From: a virus
Taxonomy: Duplodnaviria; Caudoviricetes
DNA: 64,000 bases
Reading direction: 5' to 3' (one strand)
Virus record (IMG/VR): IMGVR_UViG_3300025392_000002
Part shown: one piece after another, positions 1 to 9,349 of the stretch
Position numbering within the stretch: the first letter of the stretch is position 1
Layout: each line of letters begins with the position of its first letter
Notes under the pieces: generated by a model
What the model saw: only the letters and a program-made list of their open reading frames with translations
What the model was told of the DNA's origin: nothing
Database searches by the model: none
Made by a program: the position numbers and the translations under genes

Positions 1-2
1 TT

Positions 3-2807
3 ACAGATCAAGGATCAATTGGTAATGTAATAGTAGTTACAGATACAACTTTGTTAAGCTCTGGTGTACCATTAGCAAGTTATGGTAACTTGGGTGATTA
101 TGTTATTGTAGCAACTACCACATTAAACAAGTTATACTTGAAAAAATTCCAGACAGATACAGCCGCAGGTACTTGGGTTGAAGTTGGTACAGCAAGCTGG
201 GCTAAGAGTTGGCCAACAGTAACTGGTACAGTAACTGGTACAATTACAAGTAACACATTTACTGTTAACGGTTCGTCAATCACTAGCGGTACAAGTATTT
301 CAGCTGCCGCAACAGCAATTAACACAGCCGCAATTAGCGGAGTTACAGCGGCCGCAATCAACGGCTATTTACAGATTTATTCAACAGGTGTTAACGTTGT
401 TATTGCTGGTACAAGTCCAACAACAGTTGGTTTAACAGCTGGTACATATCTTGCTCCTAAAGTACGTATTGCTCCACACTATCAAATTCCACAATATGGA
501 ATTTATGAAGCCAATGACTTTGGTGCAAGTGCAGGCGGAGCTCCAACAGGTAGTTTGTGGATTAAGACTACTAATGTAAACTTAGGTGCAGACTGGGTTG
601 TTAAACAATACAATGCGGCTACTAGTACATTTATTCTACAACAAACCGGTTTATATGGAACTCCAGAAGCGGCTTTATATGGTTTAGATCCAGTTGGCGG
701 TGGTATTAATTTAGCATTAGGTCGTGTATATGTAAAATATAACGATGCTGAACTTTCTTACACAACATCTAGCAGTCCAAGTGCTAACTTTAAATTGTAC
801 ATACGTACCGGAGTAGGTGCAACAACTATTGTATCAAATGCTATTTCAGACAGCACATTTACTGCTGGTGCAAATACATTTACATTCCAACAAAGCGTTC
901 CAGGCAGTGCTACATCAGCAACTGCAACCACAGTTACATTTACTGCTACAACTGGTGCTGGAAGCGGTGCTTCTAATGCACAAGCATTATTAACCGCATT
1001 TAGTTCTGCAAATACTGATGCTAACGTTCTTATCACTTTGAACACAAGTACAAGTGTAATTACAATTACACATCTAACAGGTGGTGATATTCGTCTTTCA
1101 GACGGTGCTAATCTTCCATTAAGCAAGTTGTTTGGTGTAGGTACAACAAGTAATTTCTATGCAAGCCCAACAGGTACTGCTAACACTTATGTTGCTACAC
1201 TATGGAGCTCGACTGTAAACGGTAGTTCTTTCTATACAGGAAGCATAACGCCTCCAACTACAACGCCAGCAGACGGTACATTATGGTATGACACATCAGT
1301 AACTGATGTAGATATCATGGTTCACAATGGTACAACATGGGTTGGCTACTTGAATTATACACAAAATGCAGTAGGTGGCACAACAACTAATGCTAGCGGT
1401 CCATATATTTCAGCAACACAGCCAACAGGCACATTTGCCAATGGCGACTTATGGATCAACACAAGCGATTTAGAAAACTTCCCAAGAATTTACAAGTACA
1501 ACTACTTGACTAAGAAATGGGTATTGTTAGACAATTCAGATCAAACTAGTGGCAACGGCGTGTTATTTGCTGATGCACGTTGGTCAACAGCAGGTGCTAA
1601 CTCGACTCCAGCAAGTATTACAACATTATTAAGTAGTAACTACTTGGACCCAGATGCTCCAGATCCTGCTCTATATCCAAAAGGTATGTTGCTATGGAAT
1701 TTACGTCGTAGCGGATTCAATGTTAAGAAGTATCATGTAGGTTATATTGATGTAACAGCTAAGAACTTACGTGCAAGTAGTGAATCGATGACTGCTTATT
1801 ATGCTAATCGTTGGGTTACAGAAAGTCCAAATAACTTAGACGGTTCTGGTTCATTTGGACGTAAGAGTCAACGTGCTGTGGTTCTAAAAGCAATCAACGC
1901 ATTGATTCAAAGCAATCAACAAATCCGTCAACCAGACACAGTTATCTATAACTTGTTAAGTTGCCCAGGTTATTTAGAAACAGCTAGCGAGTTAGTTGGC
2001 TTGAACGTTGACAACGGTGAAACAGCATTTATTATTGCCGATGCTCCAGCACGTTTAGCACCAGATGCTACAACATTAAGCAACTGGGGTAACAACACCG
2101 CAGGCGCCGCAGTCGATGGCGAGCAAGGATTAATTGCTACTAGTTCAGATCTAGCAGTTTATTATCCTTGGGGTTACACAACTGATTTAACAGGTAATAA
2201 TATTGTTGTTCCTCCAAGTCACATTATGCTACGCACAATCGCTCTAAGCGATAACGTTTCTTATCCATGGTTTGCACCAGCTGGTGTACGTCGTGGCGGT
2301 GTAACAAATGCTAGTTCAGTTGGCTATGTTAATGCCGCAACAGGTGAATTTGAAACTGTAGCATTGAATGTAGGCCAACGTGATACACTTGCCGCAATCC
2401 ATGTAAATCCAATTACATACATTGCTGGAACAGGTCTAGTATGTTATGGACAGAAGACACGTCAGTTAATTGCAAGTAGTTTAGATCGTATCAACGTAGC
2501 ACGTCTAGTAATTTACTTGCGCTATCAGTTGAATCAATTGGCTAAACCATTTGTGTTTGAACCAAACGATACAATCACACGTAATGAAATGAAACAACAA
2601 GTTGAAAAACTATTGTTAGAATTAACAGCAGAACGTGCATTGTATGACTACCTAGTAGTTTGTGATACAAGTAACAACACACCGGCTCGTATCGATAGAA
2701 ACGAATTACACGTTGACATCGCAATTGAACCAGTTAAAGCGGTTGAATTCATTTACATTCCACTACGCTTAGAAAACACTGGGGCAATTAAAGGCCTTGG
2801 AAAATAA
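3..2807 (+). CDS. gp18: Contractile tail sheath protein (T4 gp18-like), 5' end outside the window
   Basis: C-terminal sheath motifs PPSHIMLRTIA, PWFAPAGVRRG, LDRINVARL, FVFEPND, PVKAVEFIYI; frame is open back to the window start; precedes the tube gene. Confidence 0.93.
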   Translation, partial: TDQGSIGNVIVVTDTTLLSSGVPLASYGNLGDYVIVATTTLNKLYLKKFQTDTAAGTWVEVGTASWAKSWPTVTGTVTGTITSNTFTVNGSSITSGTSISAAATAINTAAISGVTAAAINGYLQIYSTGVNVVIAGTSPTTVGLTAGTYLAPKVRIAPHYQIPQYGIYEANDFGASAGGAPTGSLWIKTTNVNLGADWVVKQYNAATSTFILQQTGLYGTPEAALYGLDPVGGGINLALGRVYVKYNDAELSYTTSSSPSANFKLYIRTGVGATTIVSNAISDSTFTAGANTFTFQQSVPGSATSATATTVTFTATTGAGSGASNAQALLTAFSSANTDANVLITLNTSTSVITITHLTGGDIRLSDGANLPLSKLFGVGTTSNFYASPTGTANTYVATLWSSTVNGSSFYTGSITPPTTTPADGTLWYDTSVTDVDIMVHNGTTWVGYLNYTQNAVGGTTTNASGPYISATQPTGTFANGDLWINTSDLENFPRIYKYNYLTKKWVLLDNSDQTSGNGVLFADARWSTAGANSTPASITTLLSSNYLDPDAPDPALYPKGMLLWNLRRSGFNVKKYHVGYIDVTAKNLRASSESMTAYYANRWVTESPNNLDGSGSFGRKSQRAVVLKAINALIQSNQQIRQPDTVIYNLLSCPGYLETASELVGLNVDNGETAFIIADAPARLAPDATTLSNWGNNTAGAAVDGEQGLIATSSDLAVYYPWGYTTDLTGNNIVVPPSHIMLRTIALSDNVSYPWFAPAGVRRGGVTNASSVGYVNAATGEFETVALNVGQRDTLAAIHVNPITYIAGTGLVCYGQKTRQLIASSLDRINVARLVIYLRYQLNQLAKPFVFEPNDTITRNEMKQQVEKLLLELTAERALYDYLVVCDTSNNTPARIDRNELHVDIAIEPVKAVEFIYIPLRLENTGAIKGLGK

Positions 2808-2820
2808 TTAGGAGAATACA

Positions 2821-3444
2821 ATGGCAATCGCAGCCTTATCAAACTTTACAGTACCGTTAGCATCCGACCAAAGCGCAACAACGCAGGGTATGCTAATGCC
2901 CAAGTTGCAATACAGATTCCGTATCAACTTTGAAAACTTTGGTGTAAGTACTCCAACAACAGAAATGACCAAGCAAGTAGCCGAAGCATTTCGTCCTACT
3001 GTTGAATTAGAAGAACAATCTATTGATATCTATAACAGCAGAATCTACATGGCCGGTAAAGCCAAGTGGAGTACAGGAACTATCAAGTTACGTGATGATG
3101 TAACTGGCCAAGTTAGCAAGTTAGTTGGCGAGCAAATGCAACGTCAATTCGACTTCTTTGAGCAAAGCACAGCGGCAGCCGCTGGCGACTACAAGTTCAC
3201 AATGCGTATCGAAATGCTAGACGGTGGTAATGGTACAAACACACCTACAGTATTAGAAACATGGGAACTATATGGTTGCTTTGTTCAGAAAGCTGAATAT
3301 GGTACATTGGCATACAAAACATCAGAACCAGTACAAATTACATTGACAATACGTTACGATAATGCTGTACAGACAACTGGTGGCTCATTAGGTAGCCCAA
3401 CTAGTGTACAAAAAGTACGCGGTACAAGCACATTAGGTAGTTAA
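2821..3444 (+). CDS. gp19: Tail tube protein (gp19-like)
   Basis: Follows sheath; PKLQYRFR, WELYGCF, ITLTIRYD tube-type pattern; SD GGAGAA. Confidence 0.85.
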   Translation: MAIAALSNFTVPLASDQSATTQGMLMPKLQYRFRINFENFGVSTPTTEMTKQVAEAFRPTVELEEQSIDIYNSRIYMAGKAKWSTGTIKLRDDVTGQVSKLVGEQMQRQFDFFEQSTAAAAGDYKFTMRIEMLDGGNGTNTPTVLETWELYGCFVQKAEYGTLAYKTSEPVQITLTIRYDNAVQTTGGSLGSPTSVQKVRGTSTLGS

Positions 3445-3450
3445 TAATAG

Positions 3451-3471
3451 AACCCACTTAGGTGGGTTTTA
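3451..3471 (+). terminator. Rho-independent terminator
   Basis: AACCCAC-TTAG-GTGGGTT followed by a T-tract. Confidence 0.8.
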
Positions 3472-3520
3472 TTACGGGTTTTCATAAACTGCGCACTTAA
3501 TAAATGCGATAAATAATTAT

Positions 3521-4510
3521 ATGTCATTTACAGCTACCAATCACTTAAAAGCAGATCCTTACTTAAATCTTAAAGGCTATAACCATGCCGGTAAGATGTT
3601 TACGACCCAGCAACACAGACTGGCTCCTAAGTTTGATTTTCAATTCCATGTAGCATTTGGTATCAATCAAGCGGCATTAAAAAATGCAAATATTGTTACT
3701 AGGTACGGTAATGAAATTAATATGTTGGTTAAGAGTGTATCACTACCGTCGTTTGAAGTACAAATGGACGATGTGAATCAGTACAATAGACATAAACGAA
3801 TTCAATATAGACATAATTACGGCGAAGTATCAATTAAATTCCACGATGACAATATGGGTTTAATTAATCAAATGTGGCAAAACTACTATAGCTATTACTA
3901 TGCAGATAGTACCAGTGCTAAACAAACAGGTGCGTATGCTCGCAATGCTACACGCAGTAGTGACTATATAAAAACTCCGTACGGCTTGGATAATTCTAGT
4001 ACAGAGCCATTTTTAAAATATATTAAAATATATCAAATGGCCCGCCATGAATATGTCATGGTACAACTACACAACCCACTGATTAAAAAATGGGACGGTA
4101 ATGGATTAGATTATAGTAAAAATACCACACATGAATTTACTATGGGCATAGCATACGAAGCCGCAAGTTATGAAGTAGGCGAAGTGTCGGCAGGTAATCC
4201 AGAAGGGTTTGCAATGGAACACTATGACACAACTCCAAGTCCATTACAAGGTATTAATCCAGATCCAACTGTTAAAGATCCAAGTTTTGTACAAGCATTA
4301 GATATCGAAGCAGCCGCACCAGGTATACTTAATAATACAATTAATACACTCAACGGATATCAAAATACTAAACGATCACAAGCACCAATTGTTAGTAACG
4401 GTGTTGCCACGCTAACTACTACTCAGACTGTTGGCGGATTACAAGGAATTACTTTCCCGCAGGCATCTACATCTAATTCAACTCCTGCAAATAAAATAAA
4501 TTTAGGATAA
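3521..4510 (+). CDS. Tube-fold baseplate/tail protein (gp54/gp48-like, tentative)
   Basis: LVKSVSLPSF...YGEVSIKFHDDN resembles tube-family proteins; TAAATA late-promoter motif at 3510. Confidence 0.55.
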   Translation: MSFTATNHLKADPYLNLKGYNHAGKMFTTQQHRLAPKFDFQFHVAFGINQAALKNANIVTRYGNEINMLVKSVSLPSFEVQMDDVNQYNRHKRIQYRHNYGEVSIKFHDDNMGLINQMWQNYYSYYYADSTSAKQTGAYARNATRSSDYIKTPYGLDNSSTEPFLKYIKIYQMARHEYVMVQLHNPLIKKWDGNGLDYSKNTTHEFTMGIAYEAASYEVGEVSAGNPEGFAMEHYDTTPSPLQGINPDPTVKDPSFVQALDIEAAAPGILNNTINTLNGYQNTKRSQAPIVSNGVATLTTTQTVGGLQGITFPQASTSNSTPANKINLG

Positions 4511-4514
4511 CATT

Positions 4515-4877
4515 ATGAGTACAAATATTCCTGTACAAGCAACCGCTAATACAGATGTTAGAAGTTTCTTTGACAATTACTTTAAAAGTGTTGTAAGTTT
4601 TCCAGCCGCAGAAATAGATGCAACTGTTGGCTTTTTTTTAAAAAGAGGCTTTGATCAAGTTGGCGCTGGTAGTATATCTATCACTCTATTGAATCAGGCT
4701 AGAGCAGAAAGTGTTAGTGTATTCACGCTACTCGATACTCTTAAAAGTTTAACTGATGTACAGTTAAGTCAGATTGTTGCACAGGTGTTAAACAGTAGCC
4801 GTGAAAAGACCAGTTTGTTAGGTTATAGAATACAGCCTGTAACTGATACTTACGAAAGTCGCAACATATTAGTATAA
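4515..4877 (+). CDS. Hypothetical virion-associated protein
   Basis: 120-aa ORF tightly packed in the structural operon. Confidence 0.6.
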   Translation: MSTNIPVQATANTDVRSFFDNYFKSVVSFPAAEIDATVGFFLKRGFDQVGAGSISITLLNQARAESVSVFTLLDTLKSLTDVQLSQIVAQVLNSSREKTSLLGYRIQPVTDTYESRNILV

Positions 4878-4878
4878 C

Positions 4879-5310
4879 ATGTCTAGCAAGTTTGCCCGTG
4901 GTAAATTCACAATGCGTCATCCAGAAAAGTATGTAGGTACTAAGACACCTACATATCGTTCTAGCTGGGAATTTACATTTATGAATTTTTGCGATACTAA
5001 TCCAAGTGTGCAAAAATGGGCAAGCGAGGCAATACAGATTCCCTACAGAGATCCGCTTACTAATAAAAACACAGTATATGTCCCAGATTTTTTTATTCAG
5101 TATGTGGATAAACGAGGAACAGTATTAACTGAGTTAATTGAAATCAAACCCAGTACTCAAACTATTTTAGAACGTGTTGGCAAAAACAAATACAATCAAG
5201 CACAGTACATAAAAAATCAAGCCAAATGGGCGGCGGCTACTATATGGTGTAAACAGCAGGGTATCAAGTTTAGAATCTTAAATGAAAATGATATCTTCAG
5301 CAACACATAA
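4879..5310 (+). CDS. gp4: Head completion nuclease (T4 gp4 / TnsA-N-like PD-(D/E)XK)
   Basis: YRSSWE, WASE, YVPDFFI, IEIKP, KWAAA motifs. Confidence 0.85.
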   Translation: MSSKFARGKFTMRHPEKYVGTKTPTYRSSWEFTFMNFCDTNPSVQKWASEAIQIPYRDPLTNKNTVYVPDFFIQYVDKRGTVLTELIEIKPSTQTILERVGKNKYNQAQYIKNQAKWAAATIWCKQQGIKFRILNENDIFSNT

Positions 5311-5324
5311 GCATAAGTATAGTT

Positions 5325-5807
5325 ATGACTAAAAAACTTGAAGAAATACTAAATTTGCCCGAAAGCAAGAAAATAGTTAAAGCTGAAGAAAAGGAACAGC
5401 GCAAATCTGAAATGGCTCAACCGTTCCTGAGAAGCATTGACGAATTCGATAAAATTTCAGCGGCACTTCCACAAGTTAAAGGCCTGGGAGATGCAGGCGA
5501 TGCTGAGTTAGATGAACTAGCAAAAAAAGCTACGGAAGCCTATGACGATATTATGGACTTGGGCATGAATGTAGAAGCACGTTATAGTGCCCGTATGTTT
5601 GAAGTAGCCGCTAGTATGTTAAAAAATGCTATTGATGCTAAAACAGCCAAATTAGATAAAAAGCTAAAGATGATTGATCTCCAGCTGAAAAAACAAAAAA
5701 TAGATCAAGATGCTAACGGTGCCGACGATAGTGTAACACTACAAGGCGATGGCGTTATTATTACAGATCGTAATAGTTTGCTGGAAAAACTCAAGCAAAT
5801 GAAATAA
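5325..5807 (+). CDS. Putative terminase small subunit
   Basis: Helical 160-aa protein upstream of TerL; ARMFEVAASMLKNA and C-terminal ITDRNSLLEKL resemble gp16-type proteins. Confidence 0.5.
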   Translation: MTKKLEEILNLPESKKIVKAEEKEQRKSEMAQPFLRSIDEFDKISAALPQVKGLGDAGDAELDELAKKATEAYDDIMDLGMNVEARYSARMFEVAASMLKNAIDAKTAKLDKKLKMIDLQLKKQKIDQDANGADDSVTLQGDGVIITDRNSLLEKLKQMK

Positions 5808-5828
5808 ATACAGTACTGGGATCACACT

Positions 5829-6452
5829 ATGAAATCATTTAAAGAATACTTAACAGAAAGCAAGAGAGTCTACGAATTTAAAGTTAAAGTCGCTGGCGAT
5901 CACGCTAAAGATGCTGTAGAACAGCTCAAAGCCTCACTATCGGAATTTCATGTGGCTAGTGTAAGCGCTGGACGTTCTACTCCAATTCAAGAGCGCCAAA
6001 CAGATTTTCCCGAGCACAAAAATACACAAATGACAGTGTATGAAGTTACAACAGATTATCCTGCAACTAGTTTACAAATTCGCGATCGTGTTGCCGTTGG
6101 ATTAGGAACAACACATAACTGTATTAAAGTACATAGTGCCTTGGAAGAAGCAGAATACGAAATTAATCATCAGCATGACGAGCTTACCGGAGAGGCACTA
6201 ATTGGCAAAATGCAAGATCCTAGTGACAACAGTGACTTGGCCAGTGAAAATCAAAAGATGAATTTCTTAAAAGATCTAAATAAACAACCAAGAAAAACTG
6301 GCGAACAAATTACAGGCTATAATGATGCTATCCTAGCATCAGCACCACCAAAGTTTGTTAAAGAAACTCCTGGAAAGCAAGTTAAAGTTAAGGCAAAGGA
6401 ATTTGCAAATCTTTATACTAAACAGGTTAAATTGCCGAAAGGAGCACTATAA
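5829..6452 (+). CDS. Hypothetical head protein with T4 CTS-like N-terminus
   Basis: Starts MKSFKEYLTE; TAAATA upstream at 5805. Confidence 0.55.
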   Translation: MKSFKEYLTESKRVYEFKVKVAGDHAKDAVEQLKASLSEFHVASVSAGRSTPIQERQTDFPEHKNTQMTVYEVTTDYPATSLQIRDRVAVGLGTTHNCIKVHSALEEAEYEINHQHDELTGEALIGKMQDPSDNSDLASENQKMNFLKDLNKQPRKTGEQITGYNDAILASAPPKFVKETPGKQVKVKAKEFANLYTKQVKLPKGAL

Positions 6453-7663
6453 TGAATTTACAAGATTTGATGACAAAATTAAAGAGCATTGATGAAAATG
6501 CTCCACCTGTAGCGCCAGTACACACTGACGAAACTCCAACTGAAGAGTGTGGTATGCCTATTGCAATCGGCGGTGCACCTAAACAACAAGACAATGTTAC
6601 TATGAATGTCAGCATGAATGGTAGCGGCGCAGGCGGTATTAGTGACTTAATGAAGATACTACGCAATATTGAACAAAGTGATAACTTAGATCCACATAAT
6701 CACGATGTTAGCAAAATGTTTGCTCAACCAGGTCATGCTGAACCATTAATGGGTCAAGAAGAAGAAATTGGAGAGACTATTGGCGACGATGAAGAAGACT
6801 GGGGCAATAGTGTTTCAGGCGCTAGTGGACATCACACACACGGCGTAGATGCTGTAACATTCAGCGGCGACGATATGAATAGTAAAGGCAAATCTAGCCC
6901 ATTACAACGTGCTCCAGGTACAAATACCCTACGTGAGCCAACTAATGTTAGCGAAGAATTAGTTACTCGGTTGACTGGTATGTACGAAACAATCAAAGGT
7001 GCACCTATTGCAGAAGCAGGCGATAAAAAGACTATGAGTCGCGCCGCCAAGGGTCATGAGAAATTTGGTCCCGAAGGTATGAAAAAATTAGCACAAGCTG
7101 GAAAAGACGGTGCTAGTGAAAAAGAAATGGATGCTATTCGTAACAAGTATAACAAGTACGATGAAAGTATCAACGAATGGAGTATAGGAACCGACACTCC
7201 TAGTAATACTGATGATTTGACGTGGGCATCCGCCAGTCAAAAACCAGAACTTCAAGCAATTATCAAACAAATGAAACCTTCCGATTACATCGAATACAAT
7301 GCCTTTAATGCTCACTATCCAGATGATAAATCGTTTGACGATAACAACCCTCCCTATCAAAAAGGACGTCGTGTAAACTTGGCTGTTCATTATAAGTTTA
7401 ATGATGAATTTAATTTTATCAATCGTTGGAATCGTGATCACAATAATCTAACCGTTGGACAATGGTTGGACAAGGCTAAGAATAAAATTATTAGCAAGTT
7501 CACCGGTAAACCTGAAGAAAAAGTGCCATATGATGCATATAGATATGATCAAAAAACTGGCCAAGGTTCTAATATACATTCAACCCAGGAAAAAGATTTT
7601 CCAACAATGACCAACGAAAATGCAGACTTAACAGCTATGTTAAAAATTGCAGGACTAAGATAA
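6452..7663 (+). CDS. Hypothetical acidic (probable head/core) protein
   Basis: 403-aa ORF coupled to the previous gene, ends LKIAGLR. Confidence 0.6.
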   Translation: MNLQDLMTKLKSIDENAPPVAPVHTDETPTEECGMPIAIGGAPKQQDNVTMNVSMNGSGAGGISDLMKILRNIEQSDNLDPHNHDVSKMFAQPGHAEPLMGQEEEIGETIGDDEEDWGNSVSGASGHHTHGVDAVTFSGDDMNSKGKSSPLQRAPGTNTLREPTNVSEELVTRLTGMYETIKGAPIAEAGDKKTMSRAAKGHEKFGPEGMKKLAQAGKDGASEKEMDAIRNKYNKYDESINEWSIGTDTPSNTDDLTWASASQKPELQAIIKQMKPSDYIEYNAFNAHYPDDKSFDDNNPPYQKGRRVNLAVHYKFNDEFNFINRWNRDHNNLTVGQWLDKAKNKIISKFTGKPEEKVPYDAYRYDQKTGQGSNIHSTQEKDFPTMTNENADLTAMLKIAGLR

Positions 7664-7695
7664 TTCGTCGCAGTTAGCACTCTGTTTCCAGTGCC

Positions 7696-7723
7696 AAATA
7701 GCTCCTTCGGGAGCTATTTTTTT
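7696..7723 (+). terminator. Rho-independent terminator with UUCG loop
   Basis: AAATAGCTCC-TTCG-GGAGCTATTT plus T-tract. Confidence 0.9.
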
Positions 7724-7737
7724 CGGTAAATAGTTTT

Positions 7738-9342
7738 ATGGCAAAATCACTAGACGGCGTCTTAACCAAAAAGTCGCACACAAAGGAAAAGTTCACAGAA
7801 GAACAAGTACAAAACTTGTTACTGTGTTCTGACCCTACGAATGGATATTTGCATTTTGCAAAACATTTCTTTCATATACAGCATCCTGTTAAAGGTAAAG
7901 TAAAATTTGAACCTTTTGAATATCAGGAAAGACTACTACAAGCATATCACGATTATCGTTTTAATATTAATATGCTTCCACGTCAAAGCGGTAAGACTAC
8001 TTGTGCATCCAGTTACTTGTTATGGTATGCTATGTTTCACCCAGATCAAACCATTCTAGTTGCCGCACACAAATACACAGGCTCACAGGAAATTATGCAA
8101 CGTATCCGTTATGGATACGAACTATGCCCTGATTATATCAGAGCAGGAGTTGTAAGTTATAACAAAGGGAGTATAGATTTTGATAACGGATCAAGAATTG
8201 TATCAGCTACTACTACCGGTAATACTGGTCGTGGTATGTCAATATCCTTATTATACTGTGACGAGTTTGCCTTCGTTCAGCCTAATATTGCAACAGAGTT
8301 TTGGACATCAATCAGCCCAACACTAGCAACTGGTGGTCGTGCGATTATTACTAGCACACCTAACAGTGACGAAGATGAATTTGCTATTATCTGGAAAGAT
8401 AGTCAAGACAAGTTCGACGAATACGGTAATACGAAAGAAGACGGCACTGGTCGCAACGGGTTCCACGGATTCCGTGCTGAATGGCATGAACATCCAGATC
8501 GTGATGAAAACTGGAAGAAAACTGAGATGGGTCGTATTGGGGAAGAACGATTCCGTCGTGAATACGGATGTGAGTTCTTAGTATTTGACGAAACACTAAT
8601 CAACAGTATAAAACTGGCAGAACTCAACGGCCGTGAACCTATACTTAAAATGGGGCAGGTTCGCTGGTATAAAAAACCTGAGCCTGGTAATGTATATTTG
8701 TGTGCATTAGATCCTAGTTTAGGAACAGGTGGTGACTATGGTGCTATTGAAGTATTTGAAATGCCCAGCATGATACAGGTAGCAGAGTGGCAACATAATA
8801 TTACACCTATACAGCAACAAGTTAAGATATTTAGAGATGTGCTGAAATATATCGCAGATGAAATAGGTGGAGAAAGTTTCAATCAGTTGTACTGGAGTGT
8901 GGAGAATAACACAGTGGGCGAAAGTGCCCTTGTAGTTATTGACAATCTAGGCGAAGAAACATTCCCAGGATTGTTCATGAGCGAGCCTATGCGTAAAGGT
9001 CATGTTAAAAAGTTCCGCAAGGGGTTTAATACCACATTTGGTACTAAAATAGCTACCTGTGCCAAGGTTAAATTCCTAATCGAAGAAGACAAAATGAAGC
9101 TGAATAGCAGGGCATTGATCAGCGAACTTAAAACATTTATTGCCGCTGGCACCAGTTTTAAAGCCAAAGAAGGACAGCATGATGACTTAGTTTCTGCCCT
9201 ACTGCTAATCATACGTATGAGTATTTTACTGTCAGAATGGGATCCGCAGGTATTTGAACAGCTAAAAGTCACTAGCGACTGGGTCACAGAAGAAAATATA
9301 GAAATGCCCTTGCCTATATTCATATCCTCGGGCTTCGGATAA
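7738..9342 (+). CDS. terL: Terminase large subunit (gp17-like)
   Basis: Walker A PRQSGKT, Walker B LYCDEFAF, ITSTPN coupling motif, RNase H-like LDPSLG...GDY and HDDLV. Confidence 0.96.
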   Translation: MAKSLDGVLTKKSHTKEKFTEEQVQNLLLCSDPTNGYLHFAKHFFHIQHPVKGKVKFEPFEYQERLLQAYHDYRFNINMLPRQSGKTTCASSYLLWYAMFHPDQTILVAAHKYTGSQEIMQRIRYGYELCPDYIRAGVVSYNKGSIDFDNGSRIVSATTTGNTGRGMSISLLYCDEFAFVQPNIATEFWTSISPTLATGGRAIITSTPNSDEDEFAIIWKDSQDKFDEYGNTKEDGTGRNGFHGFRAEWHEHPDRDENWKKTEMGRIGEERFRREYGCEFLVFDETLINSIKLAELNGREPILKMGQVRWYKKPEPGNVYLCALDPSLGTGGDYGAIEVFEMPSMIQVAEWQHNITPIQQQVKIFRDVLKYIADEIGGESFNQLYWSVENNTVGESALVVIDNLGEETFPGLFMSEPMRKGHVKKFRKGFNTTFGTKIATCAKVKFLIEEDKMKLNSRALISELKTFIAAGTSFKAKEGQHDDLVSALLLIIRMSILLSEWDPQVFEQLKVTSDWVTEENIEMPLPIFISSGFG

Positions 9343-9349
9343 ATATAAC

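Noticed and set aside
4879-5310. TnsA-like nuclease as a transposon marker
   Set aside because: Size and context match T4 gp4; no TnsB/C or terminal repeats.
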